Below are positions 38,923-49,469 of a stretch of 64,000 nt of DNA, piece after piece (the stretch's first letter is position 1; every line of letters starts with the position of its first letter). The position numbers were made by a program, and so were the translations under genes. Origin of the DNA: a virus; IMG/VR virus record IMGVR_UViG_3300025012_000055, positions 27,381 to 91,380 of that record; one strand, written 5' to 3'. The notes under the pieces were generated by a model that was not told the origin of the DNA, did no database searches, and saw nothing but the letters and a program-made list of their open reading frames with translations.

Positions 38923-40038
38923 ATGTTAAAAGCATATAAATATAGAATTTATCCAACAAAAGAACAAAAAATTCTGATAGAAAAACATTTTGGATGCTGC
39001 CGGCTCGTTTTTAATCTTGCATTGGAAATAAAGCAATATGCTTATAAAACACAGCATAAATATTTATCTTCTTTTGATTTATGTTATCAACTTCCTGATT
39101 TGAAAAAAGAATTCACATGGATTAATGAAATTGATAGTCAGGCATTACAGTCAAGCATTAAAAAACTTGATATCGCCTTTAAGAATTTTTTAAAACACGG
39201 AGCAGGCTTTCCAAAGTATAAATCAAAGGACAATAAACAAAGTTTTCAATGCCCCAATAATACACGCAGGATAAACTGGAAGGAAAATACTTTGGATTTG
39301 CCTAAAATAAAAGGGATTCCTATTGTATTATCAAGAACATTTAAGGGAAAAATAAAAACAATTACTATAAGCCGGACACCAACATATAAGTATTTTGCTT
39401 CCATTTTGGTAGATACAAATATTGTTATTCCAGAGAAACCACAAATAACAGAAAACAAAACATTAGGTATTGATTTAGGTTTGAAAGATTTTGCAATATT
39501 GAGCAATGGGGAGAAATTTGCTAACCCTAAATTTTTGAAAAACAATATTGAACGATTAAAAGTTTTACAAAGAAGAGCAAGCAAGAAAATGAAGGGAAGT
39601 CAAAACAAGAAGAAAGCAAATTTAAGAGTTGCTATTAAACATGAAAATATAAAAAATAAACGGGATGACTTTCTGCACAAATTGTCTTCACGACTAATCT
39701 GCGAGAGCCAAGCAGATACATTTGTGTTTGAAAATTTGTCATCTCAAAATATGATGGCTAATCATAATCTGGCACAAGCAATCAGCGATGTGAGTTGGGC
39801 CAAACTCGTTGAGATGATGAAATATAAAGGGGAATGGTATGGAAAAAATATTTTATTCATTGACCGATTTGCGCCAAGCAGCAAGACTTGTTCTAATTGC
39901 AATTTTGTTAATGATAAATTAACATTATCAGATAGAGATTGGCAATGTATTGTATGTGGCGTAACCCATGACCGGGACATCAATGCAGCAAAAAATATAA
40001 AGTTCATGGGATTAAAGAAAGTAAAGATATGGGATTAA
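38923..40038 (+). mobile_element. tnpB: TnpB (IS200/IS605 family), intact
   Basis: KAYKYRIYP HTH, GIDLG, FENL, SSKTCSNC..CIVC, DRDINAA; structured 3' end ~40044-40140. Confidence 0.93.
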
Positions 40039-40556
40039 AAAAAGCAGGGATGCGGATGCCCGAAGTGCCTGTGGAGTTGCCAACATTGGCTGGAACTATG
40101 AAGCAGGAAATTGGTTTTTCAATTAAACCAATAATTTCGAAAGAACAATTACGTCTTGTTTTTGTAAATAAAATAGGATTGGATGTTTATGGTAAAACAA
40201 TATATGAGTTTGTTTTTTCAAATAATGATATAACTAAAGTAACGGGGGAAGATTGGAATAATTATCCTGCCAATGGAGAACCCCAACCGCCTAATAAAAA
40301 ATATATTGAGGATGTTGGTTCAATTAAAACAGACAAATTTGAATTGGATGTAATTCAAGATTCTGGGTTCTTTGGAATGTGTGATGCACAAGATGGAATA
40401 ATTGCATTGGCATGGGAAATAAATAAAAGTGATAATGAAGATGATATCAATGAAACAGATAAAAGATTAATATTTCATTACGGAGAATTGGAATCATCAG
40501 TAAATGATAAATTATATTCAAAGGACATTCAATTGGAAAGTATTAATAACAAATAA
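40029..40556 (+). CDS. Conserved phage protein; 5' end overlaps the TnpB right end
   Basis: LVFVNKIG.D..G..IYEFVFS..DAQDGIIALAWE..RLIFHYGE. Confidence 0.65.
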   Translation: MGLKKAGMRMPEVPVELPTLAGTMKQEIGFSIKPIISKEQLRLVFVNKIGLDVYGKTIYEFVFSNNDITKVTGEDWNNYPANGEPQPPNKKYIEDVGSIKTDKFELDVIQDSGFFGMCDAQDGIIALAWEINKSDNEDDINETDKRLIFHYGELESSVNDKLYSKDIQLESINNK

Positions 40557-40839
40557 AATTAAAAATATGGAAAAAACAATTAAATTAACAGAAAAAGAAG
40601 TAAAAAATATTCTTGAAAAAGAATTAAATAAAAATAATAATGAAAATATTGATGAGATTGTATCAATTGATTCAGAAACAGCAGAAAAAGACCCAGATTT
40701 AGTTAAAAAATTACAAGATAAAATAGGTAATGAAGATATTATTCAAATAAAAGAAGAACAAATAATAAAATTAATTAAAAATCATCAAAATCCAAAAATA
40801 TCAAAAAATAAATTATTGGAAACTTTAAATTTAAAATAA
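40504..40839 (+). CDS. Hypothetical protein (start probably at 40567)
   Basis: MEKTIKLTEKEVKNILE motif. Confidence 0.55.
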   Translation: MINYIQRTFNWKVLITNKIKNMEKTIKLTEKEVKNILEKELNKNNNENIDEIVSIDSETAEKDPDLVKKLQDKIGNEDIIQIKEEQIIKLIKNHQNPKISKNKLLETLNLK

Positions 40840-41421
40840 ATGAATAATAATAATAATAATAATAATAGTAAGATACAATTGGAGGTGTTGGGACTATCAT
40901 ATAATCAAAACATGGGAAATAGTTACACATTAATATTACAAGAATCAAAAGGTAATAGAAAAATACCAATTGTTATAGGAGAATCAGAGACACAATCAAT
41001 TATAATGGTTCTTGAGGGTGTTATGACTCAAAGACCGATGACTCATGATTTATTTGTTAAATTATGTTTGGAACATAATATTGAAATGGATGAGATTCTA
41101 ATTTATAAATTAGAGGAAGGTGTATTTTATTCCAAATTAATATGTAAAGATATTATGAACAATGTTAAAGAAATTGATTCAAGAACATCTGATGCTATTG
41201 CATTAGCACTACGATTTGAATGTCCAATATATATAAATGAAGATATTATGGATATTTCAAGTATTGATATTGGTGATGATAATAAAAAAATTGAGATATC
41301 TGATTTACCAGAATATAATAAAAAAGAATTAGAAAAAAAATTAGAGGAGGCAATTAGAATAGAGGACTATGAAAGTGCCAGCACTATAAGAGATATTATA
41401 AATAAAAAAAGAAAAAATTAA
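40840..41421 (+). CDS. Bifunctional nuclease (DUF151/BFN) with UVR domain
   Basis: IPIVIG..E, RPMTHDL, GVFYS, IDSRTSDAIALALR, EDYESA..IRD; (AAT)n poly-Asn start. Confidence 0.9.
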   Translation: MNNNNNNNNSKIQLEVLGLSYNQNMGNSYTLILQESKGNRKIPIVIGESETQSIIMVLEGVMTQRPMTHDLFVKLCLEHNIEMDEILIYKLEEGVFYSKLICKDIMNNVKEIDSRTSDAIALALRFECPIYINEDIMDISSIDIGDDNKKIEISDLPEYNKKELEKKLEEAIRIEDYESASTIRDIINKKRKN

Positions 41422-44370
41422 GTGGGTAGGACATCAAAAGAAAATAGAATTGTTGAATTTGCAAAATGTATAAAAGACCCATCATATTATGCTGAAACTT
41501 TTTGTCAGACATTTGATATGACAAAAGATAAAAATGTCCCATTTAAAATGTTTAGAAGACAAAGGGAATTAGTACAAAATTGTATTAATAATAGATATAA
41601 TATTATTAAAAAACCAAGGCAAGCTGGGGTTACAACATCCATTTCTTTATTTGCTGCATGTTATATGATGTTTCAAGAGAAAAGAAAAGTTATGATTGTT
41701 GCCAACAAACAGGACATGGCATTTGAAATGTTAAAAAAAATAAAAGAATTCATACATTTTGCTCCTAGTTGGATGGGAATTAATTTAACAAGAATTGCTC
41801 AGGGTATATTAGAATTAAATAATGGTAGTCTTGTTAAGGCATTTGCAACTTCAGAAGATGCTTTGAGGGGATTTACTCCAACTTTACTAATTATTGATGA
41901 GGCAAGTAATATTAGAGATGGTGCTGAATTTTGGGGTGCTGCACACCCTTCACTTGCAAGCGGGGGGAAATGTATTATATGCAGTACTCCAAGGGGAATG
42001 GACGAATTTTATTGGGCAATATATGATGCAGCTTTAAATAATAAAAGTAATTTTTATATAAATGAATTTAAGTGGTATGAAGATCCAAGATATAATGATA
42101 AATTAAAATGGACAAAGGGTGATTTAATTATTGATACGTGGTTAAAAACAAAAGTAAAAGATGAAGATTACGAAGTATTTGAAAGATTAGAAGAAAAAGG
42201 ATTTGAGCCAACTTCTCCCTGGTTTGAAGATCAATGCAGGGAATTAAATTATGATAAAAGACGAATTTCACAAGAATTGTTGGGAAAATTTATTGGTTCT
42301 GGCGATAATGTTATTGATGAAAAAGATATTAATTTTCAAGAAAAAGAAAATGTAATGCCACCGATAAGAAGTGAGGGATTTGATGGAAATGTATGGATTT
42401 GGAAAGATCCAATTCCAGATCATCAGTATATTTTGGGATGCTTACCACCTGGAGAAAAAGTATTGACAAACGAAGGATTAAAAAATATAGAGGATATAAA
42501 AATTGATAATTTACTTATAGATGAAAATGGAAATTTTACTAAAATAAAAAATATTCAAACAACAAAAAATATAAATGATGAATTATATGAATTTAAATTA
42601 AGTAATGTTTGTAGAAAAACAATTTTTACTAGAAATCATCCAATATTATCAAGTATAAATACCGAACTAAAAAGAAATTGGAAAAGGAAGCATCCAGAAC
42701 ATAAATTTGGAAAACGATATTGGGATTTTAATTTCAATTTTATTAATTCAGAAAATTTAAAAATTAATGATTGGATCAAATATCCTAATTTATATTATAA
42801 TAAGGATTTAACTGATAATGAAATATTATCAAAATGGGATAAATATAAAAATATTGGTAGAACTGATTTTAAAATTAAAAACCCATTATTAGAAAAAGAC
42901 TTTTGGTGGTATGTTGGGATATGGTTGGCCGAGGGGTGGTATTTAAAATCTAAAGCAGTTGAAAAAAGTAAAGGTTTATCAACTTGTCATAATATAAATG
43001 AAAAAATATTTGCATATAAAATAAAATTTTTGTGTGAAAAAATATTTAATAGAAAAGTAAATATAAGAGATAGAGAATCTGTAGTATATACACAATTTAA
43101 CTCATTACAATTATATAGTTTTTTTCTTGATAATTTTAGTGAATACGCCCATAATAAAAAATTACCTGAATGGGTAAAATATTTACCTAAAAAATATAAA
43201 ATAGAAATTTTAAAAGGATATTTTGATGGTGATGGGTGTTGGTCAAAAACATATAAAAACAATAAAGGTTTTTCTTTTATAGCATTTGTCAGTGTTTCTT
43301 TAGAATTATTAGAGGGAATTCAAGATCTATTATTTTCATTAGGAATTATTTCCGCATTAAAAATATTGAGAAAGGGGGGGTTTTGTATTATTGAAAATAG
43401 AAAATTTAAAACTAAAATAACATACGACTTAACTTTAGCACATTATGATAGTTTACAATTAGTTAATATGTTTAATATTAAAAAATATAATCATGTAAAT
43501 ATTAATGATTTTGAAATTAGAAATGAAAGAATTATTTCTGGTACTTTAATCAGTAAAGATAATAAATGGATTTATCACAAAATAAAAGAAATAAATAAAA
43601 TACCTTATAATGGAGATGTTTATAATTTTGAAACAGAATCTCACACTTTTTTATGTAAAAATATAACAACACATAATTGTGATGTATCAAGGGGTGATAG
43701 TAGTGATTTTAGTACAATTTGTATAATAGATTTACATGCTGGAGAACAGGTAGTGGAATATCAGGGAAAAATAACACCTGATTTTTTTGGGGAACTTATA
43801 TATGATTATGCAAATAAGTATCAAGCATATACAATAATTGATGTAACTGGTGGAATGGGGGTTGCCCCAATTCTAAAATTAATAGATATGGGATTTGATA
43901 AAAAATTACTTCATTATGATAATCCCAAATCCAGATTAATACAAGAAAAGTTGGGCAGATTTAAAAAAGGAGATAAATTACCAGGATTTAATATAGGAGC
44001 AAATAGAAATATGACCATAATGGAATTTGAAAGACAAGTTAGAATGGGTGAGATAAAAATTAGATCAAAAAGATTAATAAATGAAATGAAAACTTTTATT
44101 TGGAAAAATGTTGGACCAAATGTCAGCAGACCAGATCATATTTCTGGAAAAAATGATGACCTTATTTGGAGTATATCAATGCCACTTTTTATTTCTCAAA
44201 CAACATTTAAAAATCTTAAAAGATATAATGAACAAACAAAAGCAATGTTGAGTAGCATGACATCTGATTCAAATCAATATAAGGATACAATAACACCACA
44301 AACAGGATATATGGGGAGAAATGATACAAAATGGGCATATCAAGAATATGGGTGGTTATTTAAAAAATAA
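41422..44370 (+). CDS. Terminase large subunit (gp17-like) with intein
   Basis: RQAGVTT, LIIDEA, STPRG, DVSRGD..DFS, NDDL motifs. Confidence 0.93.
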   Translation: MGRTSKENRIVEFAKCIKDPSYYAETFCQTFDMTKDKNVPFKMFRRQRELVQNCINNRYNIIKKPRQAGVTTSISLFAACYMMFQEKRKVMIVANKQDMAFEMLKKIKEFIHFAPSWMGINLTRIAQGILELNNGSLVKAFATSEDALRGFTPTLLIIDEASNIRDGAEFWGAAHPSLASGGKCIICSTPRGMDEFYWAIYDAALNNKSNFYINEFKWYEDPRYNDKLKWTKGDLIIDTWLKTKVKDEDYEVFERLEEKGFEPTSPWFEDQCRELNYDKRRISQELLGKFIGSGDNVIDEKDINFQEKENVMPPIRSEGFDGNVWIWKDPIPDHQYILGCLPPGEKVLTNEGLKNIEDIKIDNLLIDENGNFTKIKNIQTTKNINDELYEFKLSNVCRKTIFTRNHPILSSINTELKRNWKRKHPEHKFGKRYWDFNFNFINSENLKINDWIKYPNLYYNKDLTDNEILSKWDKYKNIGRTDFKIKNPLLEKDFWWYVGIWLAEGWYLKSKAVEKSKGLSTCHNINEKIFAYKIKFLCEKIFNRKVNIRDRESVVYTQFNSLQLYSFFLDNFSEYAHNKKLPEWVKYLPKKYKIEILKGYFDGDGCWSKTYKNNKGFSFIAFVSVSLELLEGIQDLLFSLGIISALKILRKGGFCIIENRKFKTKITYDLTLAHYDSLQLVNMFNIKKYNHVNINDFEIRNERIISGTLISKDNKWIYHKIKEINKIPYNGDVYNFETESHTFLCKNITTHNCDVSRGDSSDFSTICIIDLHAGEQVVEYQGKITPDFFGELIYDYANKYQAYTIIDVTGGMGVAPILKLIDMGFDKKLLHYDNPKSRLIQEKLGRFKKGDKLPGFNIGANRNMTIMEFERQVRMGEIKIRSKRLINEMKTFIWKNVGPNVSRPDHISGKNDDLIWSISMPLFISQTTFKNLKRYNEQTKAMLSSMTSDSNQYKDTITPQTGYMGRNDTKWAYQEYGWLFKK
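42439..43677 (+). mobile_element. Intein with LAGLIDADG endonuclease in the terminase (413 aa)
   Basis: CLPPGEKV..TRNHP..GIWLAEG..GYFDGDG..VYNFET..THN|C, inserted just before the nuclease Asp. Confidence 0.92.
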
Positions 44371-44378
44371 AATAATTT

Positions 44379-44906
44379 ATGAATATATTAATAACAGAAA
44401 GTCAATTTAAAAGATTAATTGAAAACATTATTGATGAAAGTAATAATGATATTAAAACACAAGAATTCATTGATATATTAAATCAGGAAAATATTCCTTA
44501 TGAAATAAAAAATAATAAAATTATTATTGGTGGTGATAATAATATAAATTCTGAATTAATAACATATATTCCAGATAATGTTGAATTTAATAATGGTGAT
44601 GATGTAGATTTAGATTATCTTAAAGAGATGGGAAATAATATTAAATTTAATAATAAAGGTTATGTAAATATAGATTCCCTTGATAGGGTAGGAAATAATA
44701 TTCTATTTAATAATAAAGGTTATGTGGCTTTAGATTCAATTATATGGTTTAGCATTAATTCCGTTAATTTTACAAATAATGTTAAAGATGTATATTTTGG
44801 AAAAGAATTATTCTGGGGAAATGAATTCCCTTATCAGATATATAATATTAAAGGAAATTTTAAAATGTGGGATGATAAAAAAGGTGATTATAAAATAATA
44901 AAATAA
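44379..44906 (+). CDS. Hypothetical repeat protein with ITESQFKRLIE N-terminus
   Basis: Paralog of 21572..22027; FNN.G.V repeats. Confidence 0.7.
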   Translation: MNILITESQFKRLIENIIDESNNDIKTQEFIDILNQENIPYEIKNNKIIIGGDNNINSELITYIPDNVEFNNGDDVDLDYLKEMGNNIKFNNKGYVNIDSLDRVGNNILFNNKGYVALDSIIWFSINSVNFTNNVKDVYFGKELFWGNEFPYQIYNIKGNFKMWDDKKGDYKIIK

Positions 44907-44987
44907 TTTATGAAAAATTGGGCTTTTCTCAAACTAACATATATTTATAATACATAACATATATATAAAAACATAAAATAAATAACC

Positions 44988-45188
44988 ATGGGACAAACAA
45001 TCTTTAATGAAATTAATAATATAGATTTTGATTTAAAAAAAATCAAATTACAAGTTCTTATTACGGATAATCTTGAAAAAAAAATGAATAAAAGAATATC
45101 TGAATTGTCATTGGAAAAGGGAACAAAACCTAAACCAGTATCTACCTATGTGAGAGAATTAATTGAAAATGATTGTGAAAATAAATAA
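44988..45188 (+). CDS. Small RHH-like protein
   Basis: KLQVLIT....VSTYVRELIE. Confidence 0.5.
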   Translation: MGQTIFNEINNIDFDLKKIKLQVLITDNLEKKMNKRISELSLEKGTKPKPVSTYVRELIENDCENK

Positions 45189-45221
45189 GTTTTTTAAATA
45201 ATATAAATATTTATATAAAAT

Positions 45222-48200
45222 ATGGCAGAACAACAAAAAACTACTTTATATCAACGACTTACAAAACTCTTTGGAACAGGTGGCCAACCTGTAATTGATA
45301 AAAAACCTTCAATATCAGCAAAAGAATTATTGACAGCGACTTCTGCCGAAGAACTGATGTTAAAAAAATTAGCAGCCCAGCAATCACAATATTTGGGAAA
45401 TCAATTTGAGAAAATAACATCCAATTTATATCAACAATCAGTTTATTATGAAACAACAAGACTTGCAAGTTATGCGGATTTTACGGCCATGGAACATACC
45501 CCAGAAATTGCGGCCACTTTAGATCTTGTATCTGAAGAAAGCTGTCTAGCTGGGAATAGTACTATAAGATTATTAGATGGAACTAACCCAACAATAAAAA
45601 AATTATATAAAGAAAATAAAAAAAATTTTTGGATATATTCTTATGATACTAATAATAATAAATTTATTCCATCTAAAGCAGAGAAAGTAATTTATAAAGG
45701 CATTCAAGATATATATTTGATTAAATTAGACGATGATACAAAAATAAAATGTACTGGTAATCATAAATGGTTAGGGAAAGATAATAAGTGGATAGAAACA
45801 CATGATTTATATAAAGGATATTTTTTCATTAATCATAAGGTTATTTCTATAAAATATATGGGAAAAGAGAAAGTATATGATGTTGTTAATTCTGGTAAAT
45901 TTAATAATTTTGGGGTTAAGTGTAATAGTGGGATGATTATAAGTCATAATTGTACGCTCTCAGAATTTGGTAAAATGTTACAAGTATTCTCTGATAGTAA
46001 AAGAGTTAAAACAATTCTTGAAAATTTATTTTATAAAACTTTAGATATTAACATTAATTTACCAGCATGGACAAGAAATACATGTTTATATGGCGATAAT
46101 TTTATTTATCTTAAATCAGAAATTGGAAAGGGAATTGTTGGGGTTAAACAACTTCCAAATATTGAAATAAGAAGAGAAGAGAGTTCGATTACTGATCAGA
46201 AAAATATGATTAGATTTATTTGGCAAGGAAAAAGTATGGAATTCACGGCCTGGCAAATTGCTCATTTTAGATTATTGGGGGACGATAGAAAATTACCTTA
46301 CGGAAATTCTTTTTTAGAAAAAGTAAGGAAGATATGGAAAATGTTGATATTAGCAGAAGATGCAATGCTTGTCTATAGAATAACAAGAGCACCTGAAAGG
46401 CGTGTATTTAAAATTGATGTTGGAAACTTAGATGATAAAGATGTTGAGCCGTATATTCAAAGAGTTGCTCAAAAATTTAAAAGACAGCCGCAAGCTGAAA
46501 ATACTGGTAATTTTACAGGACAAGTAGATATGAGATATCGAACACTTCCAGTATGGAAAAATACTCCAATCCCATTATTGGATGGTAGAACAATAACAAT
46601 AGAAGAATTATCAAAGGAATATGAAGAAGGAAAATATAATGAGGTCTATTCTATAAAAGATAATACACATGAAATTGTTCCTGGAAAAGTTATTTGGTGT
46701 GGTAGGAATTATAAAGCAAATAAATTAATTAAAATTTGGTTGGATAACAAAACATGGATAATGTCTGCACCAGAACATCCATTTATTTTAAGAGATGGTT
46801 CACATAGTAGAGCAGATAAATTATGTTCTGGTGATAAATTAATGCCATTTAGACATGTTAAAATTAAAATAAAATATACAGAAGAAATTTATGAACCAGA
46901 TGATGTATATTGTATGACTGTTGTTGGACCAAATGGAGAAAATAATAGACATAATTTTGCTGTTTGCTCTCTTAATAAAGATGAAAACTATACGAGAAAG
47001 GGTGTATTTGTTAAGAATAGCACGGATGAAGATTTTTTCTTACCAACAAGACAAGGTGGAGGAGATACAGAAATTGATACATTACCTGGTGCAAGCAATT
47101 TATGTCTTTCATTAGATACAAAAATTCCTCTATTAGATGGTAGAACATTAAAATTAAAAGAAATTATCGAAGAGTATAAAAATAATAAAGATTTATGGGT
47201 TTATAGTTGTAATCCAAATACTGGTGAAATTATTCCAGGGATCATTTCATGGGCGGGAATTACAAGAAAAAATGCTCATGTTTTAAAAATTACGTTAGAC
47301 AACGGAAAAGAGATTATATCAACACCGGATCATAAATTTTTAACAAGGGATGGACTAAAAAAAGAAGCAAAAGATTTAGAAATAAATGAATCTTTGATGC
47401 CGTTTCATAGAAAAAAAGAAAAAATAAGTAAAAATTCTAGTGACTATGAAATGATTTGGGATAATTCAAAACAAAAATGGATTTTTATTCATAGAATGGT
47501 TGGTAGTTATATGAAAGATAAAAATTTACATAATGAATTAATACATAATAATAAATTTATAAATGAAAATAAAAATATTATTCATCATAACAATATGAAC
47601 CGATTTTGCAATAATCCTAGCAATTTATATTTTATGAGTAGAAATGATCATATAGATCTTCACTGTGATTTTAATAATAATTTATTAGAGTGGAATAAAA
47701 ATCCAATTAATTTAAAACAAAAAGGAAAATTAATAAGTAAAACAAAATCAGATCCAGAACGTAAAAAAATATATTCAAAAAACGCTAAAAAATTATGGGA
47801 AAATAAAGAATATAAAAATAAAGTATTTAGCAAACCACAAAAAATTATATTTACTGATAAGTTATATTCAATATTTTTTGATACTTTTAAATTATATGGC
47901 AGAAGTGATTTAACTCTTGAAAAATTAAATTCTAATAAAATCTTTATGCATGAATTTATATTGTCAAATTCAAATATTCGTAGCTCGATGACCAATTTAT
48001 CAGAATTTACTCATAATCATGTAGATAAAATGGTTAAAGAAAAAGGATATAAAAATTATCGAGAATGGGTTAAAAAAACTTCTGATAATTTGGGATATAA
48101 AAATGTTAATTCTTGGAGATATTATATTGCTAAAGAAAATAAAACAGGAAAATATACTACTCATAGATTTTTAGAACAAGATTACTATAATCATAAAATT

Positions 48201-49169
48201 ACTAAAATTGAATGGTTGGAAGAAAAAATTGATACTGGAACAATTACCGTAGATGGAGAACATAAATATCATAATTTTCATACTTTTGCAGTAGAATCTG
48301 GGGTGTTTATATATAATTCTGAAATTGCAGATATAGAATATATCCAGCGTAAATTATTCACAGCAATGAGAGTTCCAAAGGCATTTCTTGGTTTTGAGGA
48401 AGCAATTGGTGAAGGAAAAAACTTGGCACTTCAAGATATAAGATTTGCTCGTACAATTAATCGTATTCAACAATCAATGATTCAGGAATTAAATAAAATC
48501 GCCATTATCCATTTATATATGTTAGGATTTGAAGAGGAACTTGACAATTTTACTTTAACACTAAATTCCCCATCAACACAGGCAGAGATGTTAAAGATTG
48601 AACAGTGGAAAGAAAAAGTATTATTATATAAGGATTTGGTATCATTAAATGATACAGGATTTGCTGCAACGTCAATGACATGGGCCAAAAAGAATATTCT
48701 TGGTTTCTCTGATGATGAAATTATATTGGATCTTAAACAACAAAGAGTGGAAAAGGCTGCAGGAAAAGAAAATGAAGCGCCAGAACAAATTATTCATACA
48801 GGATTATTTGATGCTTTGGATAAACGTTATCAACAAAAACCAGGGGAAGAAGCACCAGAAGGTGGTGAAGGTGGCGCACCTGGCGAATTACCAGGTGTTG
48901 GTGGAATGGGTGGGGGTGAAGAATTACAACCACCAGGTGGAGGGCCAGGAGGTGGTGGAATGCCAGAACTTCCTGAATTAACTGAAGAAAATAAAATTAA
49001 TATATTGGAAAGTGAAGATAAGGAACAAGATTCAAAATATAAAATATTGAATGATGATTCTAAAGTATTAAATGAAGATTTAAAAACAATGTTTGAATCT
49101 TTGGATGAAACGTTAAGTGAAAATAAAGAGATTATTATAAAAAAAATTGAAGATGATGAAAAAGAGTAA
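45222..49169 (+). CDS. Portal protein (gp20-like) with three inteins
   Basis: AHFRL, PYGNSFLE, EDAMLVYRITRAPERRVFKIDVGN, EDFFLP, IDTLPG, VPKAFL, DIRFARTI. Confidence 0.95.
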   Translation: MAEQQKTTLYQRLTKLFGTGGQPVIDKKPSISAKELLTATSAEELMLKKLAAQQSQYLGNQFEKITSNLYQQSVYYETTRLASYADFTAMEHTPEIAATLDLVSEESCLAGNSTIRLLDGTNPTIKKLYKENKKNFWIYSYDTNNNKFIPSKAEKVIYKGIQDIYLIKLDDDTKIKCTGNHKWLGKDNKWIETHDLYKGYFFINHKVISIKYMGKEKVYDVVNSGKFNNFGVKCNSGMIISHNCTLSEFGKMLQVFSDSKRVKTILENLFYKTLDININLPAWTRNTCLYGDNFIYLKSEIGKGIVGVKQLPNIEIRREESSITDQKNMIRFIWQGKSMEFTAWQIAHFRLLGDDRKLPYGNSFLEKVRKIWKMLILAEDAMLVYRITRAPERRVFKIDVGNLDDKDVEPYIQRVAQKFKRQPQAENTGNFTGQVDMRYRTLPVWKNTPIPLLDGRTITIEELSKEYEEGKYNEVYSIKDNTHEIVPGKVIWCGRNYKANKLIKIWLDNKTWIMSAPEHPFILRDGSHSRADKLCSGDKLMPFRHVKIKIKYTEEIYEPDDVYCMTVVGPNGENNRHNFAVCSLNKDENYTRKGVFVKNSTDEDFFLPTRQGGGDTEIDTLPGASNLCLSLDTKIPLLDGRTLKLKEIIEEYKNNKDLWVYSCNPNTGEIIPGIISWAGITRKNAHVLKITLDNGKEIISTPDHKFLTRDGLKKEAKDLEINESLMPFHRKKEKISKNSSDYEMIWDNSKQKWIFIHRMVGSYMKDKNLHNELIHNNKFINENKNIIHHNNMNRFCNNPSNLYFMSRNDHIDLHCDFNNNLLEWNKNPINLKQKGKLISKTKSDPERKKIYSKNAKKLWENKEYKNKVFSKPQKIIFTDKLYSIFFDTFKLYGRSDLTLEKLNSNKIFMHEFILSNSNIRSSMTNLSEFTHNHVDKMVKEKGYKNYREWVKKTSDNLGYKNVNSWRYYIAKENKTGKYTTHRFLEQDYYNHKITKIEWLEEKIDTGTITVDGEHKYHNFHTFAVESGVFIYNSEIADIEYIQRKLFTAMRVPKAFLGFEEAIGEGKNLALQDIRFARTINRIQQSMIQELNKIAIIHLYMLGFEEELDNFTLTLNSPSTQAEMLKIEQWKEKVLLYKDLVSLNDTGFAATSMTWAKKNILGFSDDEIILDLKQQRVEKAAGKENEAPEQIIHTGLFDALDKRYQQKPGEEAPEGGEGGAPGELPGVGGMGGGEELQPPGGGPGGGGMPELPELTEENKINILESEDKEQDSKYKILNDDSKVLNEDLKTMFESLDETLSENKEIIIKKIEDDEKE
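45543..45950 (+). mobile_element. Mini-intein 1 in portal (136 aa)
   Basis: CLAGNS..TGNHKW..VYDV..SHN|C. Confidence 0.9.
46548..47018 (+). mobile_element. Atypical mini-intein 2 in portal (157 aa, begins with Pro)
   Basis: PVWKNTPIPLLDG..APEHPF..VYCMTV..HNFAV..VFVKN|S; exteins rejoin as RYRTL-STDEDFF. Confidence 0.85.
47103..48317 (+). mobile_element. Intein 3 in portal with HNH-like endonuclease (405 aa)
   Basis: CLSLDT..TPDHKF..HRMV..IHH....NNPSNL..HTFAV..IYN|S. Confidence 0.9.
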
Positions 49170-49174
49170 ATAAT

Positions 49175-49411
49175 TTAAGGTAATTTAGATTTAAGTTTTT
49201 CAGCAAGTTCATAATCTTCATTTTCAACTGCTTTTCTAATTTGCTCTTCAATGGTTGATTTATCAATAATTATTTCACTACCATTAAATAAAGTGCTGGG
49301 TTCAATATAATGTTCCCATCCCTCATCCCACAAATCAACTGGTAATTTAATTAAGTAATTTTCACCAAATATTTTTAACTTTTATTTATAAATATATAAT
49401 TTATTTTCCAT
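49175..49411 (-). pseudogene. Small UVR-domain ORF with an in-frame TAA at codon 10
   Basis: MENKLYIYK*KLKIFG...EEQIRKAVENEDYELAEKLK. Confidence 0.5.
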
Positions 49412-49469
49412 AAAGTCAAACTTTTCAATGTATCAGCATATTTATATATGTCTATGAGACAAAAATATT

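Noticed and set aside
40843-40866. (AAT)n microsatellite as a phase-variation switch
   Set aside because: A triplet repeat keeps the frame and only changes poly-Asn length
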